From Chthoniobacteraceae bacterium (GTDB lineage Bacteria; Verrucomicrobiota; Verrucomicrobiia; Chthoniobacterales; Chthoniobacteraceae): a stretch of DNA of 56,281 bases. The stretch is taken from positions 1-56,281 of the forward strand of contig JBBCKI010000026.1 of the NCBI GenBank assembly GCA_037190965.1, given 5' to 3'. Position 1 is the first letter of the stretch. Every line of letters begins with the position of its first letter. A program made the translations under genes and the position numbers. The notes beneath the pieces are model-generated. The model made no database searches, was not told the DNA's origin, and saw only the letters and a program-made list of their open reading frames with translations. Of the stretch, positions 48,442 to 56,281 are shown one piece after another.

Positions 48442-51153
48442 ATGAACCTTGCGCCGGATATCTCCTTGAGTGTCACCACCCCGTACGCTTTACCGGTCGA
48501 TGACATCCTGAATCAACTGCGGAGCCACCGGGATGGTCTCTCTGGCGCCGAGGCAGCCGATCGTATCAAAGCCGTGGGCTTCAACCGGCTGCCAGCCCCG
48601 CCGAAAGAAGGGCGATTGAAGCGGTTTTTCAAGCACTTCAATGATCTTCTTATTTATATTCTGCTCGTCGCCGCTGCGGCGAAAGCATTTCTCGGAAAAT
48701 GGGTCGACGTCTGTGTGATTCTGGCTGTGGCGGTGATTAATGCGGTGATCGGTTTCATCCAAGAGGGAAAGGCTGAGGAAGCCCTTGATGGTATCCGTAA
48801 GATGCTCTCGCTCCGCGCCCATACGCGCCGGGAGGGGGAGTGGATCGAGCTCGACGCGGCAGAGCTCGTGCCGGGAGACATCGTGAGGCTTCGCTCCGGC
48901 GATCGCGTACCGGCCGACATCCGGCTCCTCGAAACCGTGAACCTGCGCGTCGAAGAATCTGCGCTTACAGGAGAATCCGTACCCACGGAGAAGTCACCGG
49001 AGCGGGTGGATGCCCGGGCCGGGGTCGGCGACCGGCGTTGTATGGCCTTCTCCGGCACGCTCGTCGCGGCAGGGCGTGGCATGGGGGTCGTCACGGCAAC
49101 GGGACCGGCCACCGAGCTGGGCCGGATCAGCCGGATGATGACCGAAGTGGAGAGTCTGGCAACGCCTCTTACCAAGCAGATGGCCGCTTTCGGCAAGTCA
49201 CTCTCTTTCGTGATTATCGCGATGGCCGCGGTGATGTTTTTGATCGGCTGGCTGCACGGCTTTGGTCTTGATGCGCTTTTTTCGGCGGCTGTCGGGTTCG
49301 CCGTCGCGGCGATCCCGGAAGGTTTGCCCGCGATCATGACCATCACTTTGGCGATCGGTGTCCGGCGAATGGTCCAGCGCAACGCCATCATGCGCAAGCT
49401 CACGGCGGTTGAAACCCTCGGCTCGGTCACGACCATTTGTTCGGATAAAACCGGAACGCTGACGCGAAATGAGATGACCGTGCGCCATTTGGTCACGAAA
49501 GCTGGAACCTATGAGGTAGAGGGCATTGGCTACTCTCCCGAGGGCCGGATCCTGCGCGACGGGCAGTGGGTCTCGCTCACTGAGAAGAAGGATTTGCACG
49601 CTTTGGTCGAAGTAATGGCCGTTTGCAACGACTCAGAGATTGCCCGCGACGGTACCCACTGGAAAGTGATCGGGGGGCCTACCGAAGGTGCATTGCGTGT
49701 TCTTGGTGAAAAAGCAAAGTTCGAAAGAGGAAGCTATCAACGGCTGGCGGTCGTTCCCTTCGAGTCGGAGAATAAATTCATGGCCACCCTCAACCGGGTG
49801 CGGGGAAATAGCGTGCGGATCCTGCTCAGTGGAGCGCCGGACAGGTTGCTCAGCCGTTGCGCCGGGGAGCGCGCCGCCAGTGGCGCTACGGAGCCGCTTG
49901 ATCGTGCTTTCTGGGAGAAACAGATCGACGCGCTTGGCGGGCAGGGGTTGCGGGTCCTTGCCGCCGCCAGCCGCGAGGTTGAGGAAGAGAAGCGGGAGTT
50001 TTCCATCGAAGATCTTAATCATGGCTTGGTCTTTCTCGGACTGGCCGGGATCGTCGATCCGCCTCGTCCGGAGGCCATCGAGGCCATCGCCGCTTGCAAA
50101 CGGGCAGGGATTCAAGTCAAGATGATTACCGGTGATCATGCCGGCACGGCGATTGCCATCGGCCGCGAGATGGGGATTACCCAAAAGGCCCAAGCGGTCA
50201 CCGGAGCTGAACTGGAGGCGGCCTCGGACGAGGAGTTGCGCCGGATCGTAACGGAAACGGATATTTTTGCCCGTACCAGCCCCGAGCATAAATTGCGGTT
50301 AGTACAAGCCTTGCAAGCCAACAACGAAGTTGTGGCCACGACCGGCGATGGCGTCAATGACGCGCCGGCCCTGAAGCGCGCTGACGTTGGAGTCGCCATG
50401 GGCATCAAAGGCACTGAGGTGACCAAGGAGGCTGCCGAAGTCGTGCTGGCCGACGACAATTTTGCCTCGATCGAGCGTGCCGTGGAGGAAGGGCGCACGA
50501 TCTATGATAATCTCCAGAAAGCGATCCTGTTTATCCTGCCGACCAACGGCGCTCAGGCGCTCGTGATTTTGACGGCGGTGCTTTTGGGGCTGGATCTGCC
50601 CTTGGTGCCCGTGCAGATCCTGTGGGCGAACATGGTCACCGCGGTGACCTTGTCCCTGGCGCTGGCTTATGAACCTGCGGAGCCGGACCTCATGCGCCGT
50701 CCGCCAGGACGACCGGGCGCACCTATTCTGGGGGGATACGCCCTCTGGCGGATTGCCTTTGTCTCGATACTGATCGGCGGCGCGACCTTGGCTATGTTCT
50801 GGTTCGAAAAGCGTCGGGGATACTCAATGGAGACAGCGCAAACCATGGCAGTCAACACCTTGGTGCTGGGCCAGGTATTTTACTTATTCAATAGTCGATT
50901 TATGCGCGAATCGAGCTTGCGGCTAGGCCTGCTGTTTACCAATCGCGTGGTTTGGGTTGCGCTGGGGGTGTTGATCGGATTGCAACTGCTGTTTGTCTAT
51001 GTCCCCATTCTGAATCTGTGGTTCCACTCAGCTCCGATCCGTGCTCGTGACTGGCTGTTCCCAATTGGGATCGGCTTTGTCATTTTTCTGGCCGTCGAGG
51101 CTGAGAAGGCGCTGGTGCGAAAAATGCATCGCCAGATCAGGGAGCACGATTGA
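48442..51153 (+). CDS. Cation-transporting P-type ATPase (type IIA, PacL/CtpF-like)
   Basis: ESALTGES, AIPEGLP, CSDKTGTLT, MITGDH, TGDGVNDAPALK; multiple TM segments. Confidence 0.95.
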   Translation: MNLAPDISLSVTTPYALPVDDILNQLRSHRDGLSGAEAADRIKAVGFNRLPAPPKEGRLKRFFKHFNDLLIYILLVAAAAKAFLGKWVDVCVILAVAVINAVIGFIQEGKAEEALDGIRKMLSLRAHTRREGEWIELDAAELVPGDIVRLRSGDRVPADIRLLETVNLRVEESALTGESVPTEKSPERVDARAGVGDRRCMAFSGTLVAAGRGMGVVTATGPATELGRISRMMTEVESLATPLTKQMAAFGKSLSFVIIAMAAVMFLIGWLHGFGLDALFSAAVGFAVAAIPEGLPAIMTITLAIGVRRMVQRNAIMRKLTAVETLGSVTTICSDKTGTLTRNEMTVRHLVTKAGTYEVEGIGYSPEGRILRDGQWVSLTEKKDLHALVEVMAVCNDSEIARDGTHWKVIGGPTEGALRVLGEKAKFERGSYQRLAVVPFESENKFMATLNRVRGNSVRILLSGAPDRLLSRCAGERAASGATEPLDRAFWEKQIDALGGQGLRVLAAASREVEEEKREFSIEDLNHGLVFLGLAGIVDPPRPEAIEAIAACKRAGIQVKMITGDHAGTAIAIGREMGITQKAQAVTGAELEAASDEELRRIVTETDIFARTSPEHKLRLVQALQANNEVVATTGDGVNDAPALKRADVGVAMGIKGTEVTKEAAEVVLADDNFASIERAVEEGRTIYDNLQKAILFILPTNGAQALVILTAVLLGLDLPLVPVQILWANMVTAVTLSLALAYEPAEPDLMRRPPGRPGAPILGGYALWRIAFVSILIGGATLAMFWFEKRRGYSMETAQTMAVNTLVLGQVFYLFNSRFMRESSLRLGLLFTNRVVWVALGVLIGLQLLFVYVPILNLWFHSAPIRARDWLFPIGIGFVIFLAVEAEKALVRKMHRQIREHD

Positions 51154-52862
51154 GCGCGCGGTCGTCATTCCTTCGCGGCCTCCGGGGTGCGCTCGAAACA
51201 CCGACGCTCAGCGGCTCGTCGCTGGCGCTTCTGTTCTGGTGGCAGTCTCTCACGCCAACATTCATTCCACGGTCGTGGGAAGTGCAGGCCGTAATCGGCG
51301 CGGTCTGTCTGGCCATCGGCTACGGGATCGGCACATTGGTCGGACGTTGGATGCATCGGCTCCTTGAGCGGTCAGCTCGGTCACCCGACGATGTGATCCG
51401 CCGGCGCAGCTGGATGGTCTTGGCCGCGACTTGGCTCGTTGCCATCCTTCTCGGCGCGACGCTGTGGATGGCCTGGCAAAACGAGCAACGCAGCTTCATG
51501 GGGATGGCGTACGTCGCCTGGTTGGACGGGATGCTGATGGCTGCGCTGTCCCTCATGGCCGGCGTGCTCCTCGTGGTCGTCGGGCGGGTGATTGCCAGCG
51601 GTTTAGCCGCAGGCAACCGGTTCATCCAGGGCCACGTGCCGGTCGTTGTGTCGGTGCCGGCAACAGTCCTGCTCACGGTCGTGCTGGGCATCGCGCTCGT
51701 GCGAGGAGTTGCGGTTCGCGTGCTCACCGCGGCCGCCAACTGGATCTACACTCCGGTGAACCAGCGAACGACCGAAGGGACTCTTCCGCCTGACTCGTCA
51801 TCAGTGTCAGGCAGCGGCGCATCATTCGTCGCCTGGAACACCCTGGGACGCATGGGCCGGACCTTCGTGGCAACGGCCACAACCGCGCCGGAGCTGAAGA
51901 TGTTCCACGGAGCCGATGCCAAGATCGTCGATCCGGTGAGAGTCTATGTTGGGGTGGACTCTGCGGACTCCGCTGCAGTGCGGGCGGAGCTCGCCGTTCG
52001 CGAGCTTGAGCGCGCGGGCGGCTTTGATCGAAAGGTGCTGGTCGTGTGGGTGCCCACTGGAACGGGCTGGATTGTCCCTAAAGCCGCCGCTGCGCTTGAG
52101 CAGTTGCACCGTGGCGACACGGCTATCGTTGCCGTTCAGTACTCTTTCCTGCCAAGCGTGCTCGCCGTCTTTATAGACGCCGGGCTGGCGAACGAGGCAG
52201 GGATCACGCTCTTCAACGCCATTCGCGCGCGTTGGTTGGAACTCCCGCCGGATGGCCGACCGAAGCTCGTCCTGTTCGGCAAGAGCCTCGGCACGGCCGG
52301 GGTGGAAGCGCCTTTTGTCGGCGTGGATGCATCGTCGTCGGTGGCCAACATGGTGGCCGGGACGGATGGCGCTCTCCTCGCCGGGGCCAAGCAAAGCAAC
52401 CCGATCCACTCACAGCTCACTCGCGAGCGCGATCCCGGGTCGCCCGTCTGGCAGCCCGTCTTCGGCAGGGGCCGAACGGTGCGGTTCTTAAATCGAGATC
52501 CGGATCAACCGGCGTTGGACACCGACTGGTCCACCCCGCGGATCGTTTACCTCCAGCATCCATCCGATCCGATCGTATTTTGGAGTGCCAAGGCGTTTTG
52601 GTGGCCGCCGGAATGGATGGATCAACCTCGTGGGTTCGACGTGCCGGACGACTCCCGTTGGTTCCCCATTGTCTCTGGCGTGCAGGCTGTGGGAGATACG
52701 GTCCTCCAGTTCGGCTCGCCGCCAGGTTTCGGACATGACTACTCGACGGACTACGTCAAGGGCTGGGCCAGCGTGTTACCTCCCGAGGGCTGGACGGACG
52801 CCGACACCAAGCGGTTGGAGCAATTCATCGATAGGATGGCCGGGGACGACACAGAGCCGTGA
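51150..52862 (+). CDS. Membrane-anchored alpha/beta-hydrolase (Abhydrolase_9 family)
   Basis: SLTPTFIPR, WNTLGRMGRTFV, PVRVYVG, PTGTGW, QYSFLPS, GKSLG nucleophile elbow, HPSDPIVFW, GFGHDY; TTG overlaps the ATPase stop. Confidence 0.88.
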   Translation: MSARSSFLRGLRGALETPTLSGSSLALLFWWQSLTPTFIPRSWEVQAVIGAVCLAIGYGIGTLVGRWMHRLLERSARSPDDVIRRRSWMVLAATWLVAILLGATLWMAWQNEQRSFMGMAYVAWLDGMLMAALSLMAGVLLVVVGRVIASGLAAGNRFIQGHVPVVVSVPATVLLTVVLGIALVRGVAVRVLTAAANWIYTPVNQRTTEGTLPPDSSSVSGSGASFVAWNTLGRMGRTFVATATTAPELKMFHGADAKIVDPVRVYVGVDSADSAAVRAELAVRELERAGGFDRKVLVVWVPTGTGWIVPKAAAALEQLHRGDTAIVAVQYSFLPSVLAVFIDAGLANEAGITLFNAIRARWLELPPDGRPKLVLFGKSLGTAGVEAPFVGVDASSSVANMVAGTDGALLAGAKQSNPIHSQLTRERDPGSPVWQPVFGRGRTVRFLNRDPDQPALDTDWSTPRIVYLQHPSDPIVFWSAKAFWWPPEWMDQPRGFDVPDDSRWFPIVSGVQAVGDTVLQFGSPPGFGHDYSTDYVKGWASVLPPEGWTDADTKRLEQFIDRMAGDDTEP

Positions 52863-53029
52863 CGTGGAGGAGCTTGATCGGAAGGAAGCGCCCTGCTTCC
52901 TGGCAGTTCTGTCAGAGAACCACCGGGCGCTGGTGCTTTGTCAGGAGGGGGGGCAGGTATCTACGGAGGAAGAGGACAGGCTGTTGGTTGCCGTCTGCCC
53001 TCTTCGATGGAGTGATCGGCACGCGCGAC

Positions 53030-53830
53030 CTACTTTCGCAGCGTGTCGAGCGCCAGCATGATGGCCAGAGTTTCTTCGCGCGGGATTTGTGCTTTTCCGG
53101 CTTTGAAGAAGTCGAGGGTGGCGAGTAGCCCATTCAGGAAGATTCGGCTTCCGTCGATGCTGATCGCCTTAGTGGCTTTCGCATCGGAGACGACGTGATA
53201 GAAGGGAGTCGCATGAGCCACATGCATCTGGATCGTGGCGATGCGGTTTCCTGAGAAGCGGAGCGTGATGCGGGTGCATCCGGCGCTCTCCTCAGCCGTG
53301 ATAGCCTCGATTTCCGAGCCCATGACGCTGACGACGCTTTCCAGCGGGTGGATGATGTATTCATTGAAATTCCCGCCAGAGGCCCAACTGCTGATGGAGC
53401 GCGGCGGCAGGTCGGGCTGACTCGCGCAGTGAATCTGTAGTTCAGTGTAGCGGAGAACGGAGCTGCTCTGGATGGCGACACCGTGCAGATCGGCCAGCGC
53501 GAAGATTTCCTGCGCGGTGGCGTAGTCGGGTGCGAAGGTTTTGTCCACATAGGTGGTTTTTCCCAGAGCGAACGTTTCCCGGCAGAGGTCGAGGTGCGTT
53601 TCGGGGTTGGACGGCGCGAGAACCATCACGTAGTCGGTCAGCGGAGCGAGATCGGCGATCCTTTCGACAGTGCTGACCTTGCGCTCATCAGCCCATACCG
53701 CAATGTTATCGCGACGGTTGGCATAGACGGCGGAGAGTCGGAAGCCGGTGTCGTGCTCGCTCAGGAGCCGGGCAAAGGTGTTCGCGTGGAAGTTGTCAAT
53801 GTCGTGATCGACGAAGGCGATGCGTTTCAT
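53030..53830 (-). CDS. Gfo/Idh/MocA-like oxidoreductase
   Basis: LAPSNPETH, YVDKTFA, SSSVLRY, YIIHPLE. Confidence 0.8.
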   Translation of the reverse strand: MKRIAFVDHDIDNFHANTFARLLSEHDTGFRLSAVYANRRDNIAVWADERKVSTVERIADLAPLTDYVMVLAPSNPETHLDLCRETFALGKTTYVDKTFAPDYATAQEIFALADLHGVAIQSSSVLRYTELQIHCASQPDLPPRSISSWASGGNFNEYIIHPLESVVSVMGSEIEAITAEESAGCTRITLRFSGNRIATIQMHVAHATPFYHVVSDAKATKAISIDGSRIFLNGLLATLDFFKAGKAQIPREETLAIMLALDTLRK

Positions 53831-53839
53831 GGTGATGGA

Positions 53840-54823
53840 TCAGGCGGTGACTTTCAACGGGCGCTGTTGATAGACGCCCTCAACGATTTCCACAGCGCGG
53901 AGGCCGTCCTGAATGCCGGTCAGCGGAGCGGTACCACACCGGGTGCTCTCGACGAAATGGGCGAGTTGTTCGGTGAACCCTCCGGTCGCTTTCACGGATA
54001 TAGACTCCGGTGCCGGTTGGCCGGGACGGTAAATATGGTAGACGGTGGGTTTCATGTAGTCGTAAACGATGCGGCCATTTTCGGTGATGATCTCCATATC
54101 GGCGCGGCCTACCCCATAGTTCCACGATGCGGCGATGATCCCGAGCGCTCCACTCTCCGAGCGGAGGGAAAGAACGGAGCTGTCCTCCACGTCGGTGCCC
54201 TCGAAAGCTCTGTCACGCTCGCCGCTGAATGTGGCGATCTCGCCGCAGTAGTGACGGAAGAGATCGATGCTATGGATGCTGGTGTCCATTAGGGTGCCGC
54301 CGCCTGAGATGGCAAAGCGGGAAAACCAGCGGTCTTTCATCTGCCGGGCGGGGCCACCAAAGACGTTTTGGAAAAGGATGACGCGGCCCAGCTCTCCGGT
54401 ATCGAGTCTGGCTTTGATCGCCTGCTGCGCAGCGGTAAAGCGGTGCCGGAAGGCCATCATCAGCGTTGCGTTGGAGGCGTTCGCTGCGGCTTCGATCCGG
54501 CGGCATTCCTTCACGTTGGCGGCGAGCGGCTTCTCGCAGAAGACATGAATGCCGCGTTGAAGGGCGGCGATGGCCACGTCAGTGTGACTGCACGGAGGCG
54601 TGCAGATGATTACGGCGTCTACAGCGCCTTGATCCAGCAGCTCTTCCGCGTTGGTAAAGCCGCGCGCTTCAGGGAGATGCTGCTCCAGAAAGGCGGTGAT
54701 GGCCTGCTCTGAGATATCAGATACGCACGTAATGGCGAATCCGTTCTCTTTGGCTGCATTGACGTGAGCCTTGGCAATGCTGCCGCAGCCGATGATTCCG
54801 AGGTGGATGGGGTGTTTGCTCAT
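53840..54823 (-). CDS. Gfo/Idh/MocA family oxidoreductase
   Basis: GIIGCGSIA, HVFCEKPLA, SGGGTLMDTSIHSID; start reassigned to ATG 54823. Confidence 0.9.
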   Translation of the reverse strand: MSKHPIHLGIIGCGSIAKAHVNAAKENGFAITCVSDISEQAITAFLEQHLPEARGFTNAEELLDQGAVDAVIICTPPCSHTDVAIAALQRGIHVFCEKPLAANVKECRRIEAAANASNATLMMAFRHRFTAAQQAIKARLDTGELGRVILFQNVFGGPARQMKDRWFSRFAISGGGTLMDTSIHSIDLFRHYCGEIATFSGERDRAFEGTDVEDSSVLSLRSESGALGIIAASWNYGVGRADMEIITENGRIVYDYMKPTVYHIYRPGQPAPESISVKATGGFTEQLAHFVESTRCGTAPLTGIQDGLRAVEIVEGVYQQRPLKVTA

Positions 54824-55062
54824 GAGTTGTATCAAAGTGGGGCGCTGCTCCAGTAGCGGCAGGGGGCGACGCCGAGGTGCTTGCGATAAGCGGAAACAGA
54901 AGAAGTCCGCCGTTTTGGGATACAAGCTAGTGCACCCATTTTCACATTGGCGACCCTCCCAGCGATATTGTGAAGAATTGCTGGAGTTCGCTGCGTTTAG
55001 AAGGGTTGCTTCGTTGGCGCGATCAGGTCACGATTTTCGCGGGCCTTCATCGTCAACTTTCA

Positions 55063-55806
55063 TTAATCAGCGTTTCCTTTAGTCTTCGCTTCCTTCTGGA
55101 ACAGTTTCGATAGTTGGGCAGGGTAGCTGGCATCGCTCTCCTTGTTGCGCACTCCCGCACCAAATGTGATGCTATCGCCGAAGCAGACGATGTGCTTGGG
55201 TAGGTTTGGCTGCTTCATGATTTGCTGGTAGACTTTCTGTGCGATCACTGCATAGCCTTCAGCGGTGGGGTGCACTCCATCTTTTCGCCCGCTATTGGCT
55301 TCATTCTGGATCCACGAAGTTTCCAGTTCGCCTATCTGTCCACGTTCCTCATAAGCTTGATAAAGATTGATCACCTTCACTTTCAATTCTTCTCCAAGCT
55401 TCAGCACCTCATTAACGTAATCCTTGACTCTTGTTGACGGTGCTTGCCCCTGAAAAAAAGCGGCCGGATGCCTCTGCAGTACATAAGTATCCACGCAAGG
55501 GATTGCGGTGATCAGGATCAGCTCAATCCCGGCGGAGCGGCTGCGCTCAATCAATGTCCTGATATTGGCGGAATACTCCAAGTGCGCCACGGCATTCCGG
55601 GAATTGATTGCGTCGTTCGTCCCTCCACCCAACACGATAAGATCTGGTTTGTGGGAAAGGGCATCCTTTTCAAAACGCTCCACGAACTGTCGGCTGTTCT
55701 GGCCATTTCTTCCGGCATTAATTACTTGAACCTCTGCGGCGGAACTCTCCCTGTTTCCCGCGAACGACAGAATCAACAAGATCAGATAGACATAGGAGAT
55801 TTTCAT
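55063..55806 (-). CDS. Secreted SGNH/GDSL hydrolase, circularly permuted
   Basis: Signal peptide, then block II (INAGRNG), block III (GGGTND) and block V (DGVHP), with block I (VCFGDSIT) at the C-terminus; ATG 55806 overlaps the upstream TAA. Confidence 0.85.
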   Translation of the reverse strand: MKISYVYLILLILSFAGNRESSAAEVQVINAGRNGQNSRQFVERFEKDALSHKPDLIVLGGGTNDAINSRNAVAHLEYSANIRTLIERSRSAGIELILITAIPCVDTYVLQRHPAAFFQGQAPSTRVKDYVNEVLKLGEELKVKVINLYQAYEERGQIGELETSWIQNEANSGRKDGVHPTAEGYAVIAQKVYQQIMKQPNLPKHIVCFGDSITFGAGVRNKESDASYPAQLSKLFQKEAKTKGNAD

Positions 55807-56213
55807 TATCGAATGCATGAGATTTGCACCTTTTTCTCATTTCCAGGAGATGTAATCGTGACCATCAGTAACACCATATTTCCCGATACATGAGGGAGCA
55901 CGGTATCGTCAGGTGATTTTGCTACGATGATACACTGGTAATGAGAATCTGAAGCTGTGGTCTTTTCTCCTTCATAGGTAAAGAAAACCGTGCGAGTGGA
56001 GCCAACCGCCGTTCCGTTTCCGGAGGTTTCTTCGCGCTTGATTAGATCAATCAGTGTCGGCAGTGCCGTAGCCTCCGCAGAGCGACGACTTGCCTGAAAT
56101 CCAACATTAAAAAGGCCGAGGAGCGCCATTAGCGAAAATGCCATAATTCCAATGGCCAGCGTAACTTCCACAAGGGTAAACGCCTGCTGCCGTTTCTTCA
56201 TCTTTCGCCTCAT
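55806..56213 (-). CDS. Verru_Chthon cassette protein B-like pseudopilin
   Basis: AFTLVEVTLAIGIMAFSLMALLGLFNVGFQASRRS N-terminus; FFTYEG. Confidence 0.75.
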   Translation of the reverse strand: MRRKMKKRQQAFTLVEVTLAIGIMAFSLMALLGLFNVGFQASRRSAEATALPTLIDLIKREETSGNGTAVGSTRTVFFTYEGEKTTASDSHYQCIIVAKSPDDTVLPHVSGNMVLLMVTITSPGNEKKVQISCIR

Positions 56214-56281
56214 GATCCGTTACCTCCCGGTCGTTCAATGAATGCATTCCCCGTTGTATTTGAGAAGACTACCCGGTAATA
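56210..56281 (-). CDS. C-terminal fragment of probable Verru_Chthon cassette protein D-like pseudopilin (runs off window)
   Basis: Reading frame YYRVVFSNTTGNAFIERPGGNGS* resembles cassette D C-termini; TGA overlaps the ATG of protein B (ATGA). Confidence 0.45.
   Translation of the reverse strand, partial: YYRVVFSNTTGNAFIERPGGNGS

Noticed and set aside
48654..54292. Long antisense ORFs opposite the P-type ATPase and Gfo genes (e.g. 48654-49496, 53483-54292)
   Set aside because: Shadow frames of well-supported genes on the other strand.

Overview
A GC-rich bacterial chromosome segment, most likely Verrucomicrobiota (Chthoniobacterales/Spartobacteria-like). This is inferred from Verru_Chthon cassette genes, five PEP-CTERM genes and two H-X9-DG pseudopilins. 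Housekeeping genes (clpB, lemA plus two TPM genes, yajC-secDF, ddh, tRNA-Phe, serB, ilvD/LysR, a PA0069-type radical SAM and a P-type ATPase) alternate with accessory blocks. (1) The strongest candidate for an undescribed system is a minus-strand operon ending 9 bp from the tRNA-Phe 3' end: pseudopilin, PEP-CTERM, class III cyclase-STAND ATPase-TPR, stand-alone GAF protein and a minimal cytoplasmic S8 protease. It could be a sensor/cyclic-nucleotide/protease circuit. (2) A GntR-controlled glycan-utilisation-like locus has a PEP-CTERM protein, a GHL10-like hydrolase, two paralogous unclassified TIM-barrel+CBM proteins (DPE vs NPE motif), a pseudopilin and a DapA-family aldolase. (3) A membrane-anchored CheA-like kinase lacking the CheW domain lies with CheY and CheX. 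(4) There is a poly-HAMP/OsaB-like kinase pair. (5) There is a circularly permuted SGNH hydrolase. Two REP/REPIN families occur in several copies, and two decayed PEP-CTERM genes sit next to them. No integrase, transposase, CRISPR array or rRNA was seen. All calls are by-eye motif recognition; no database searches were run.
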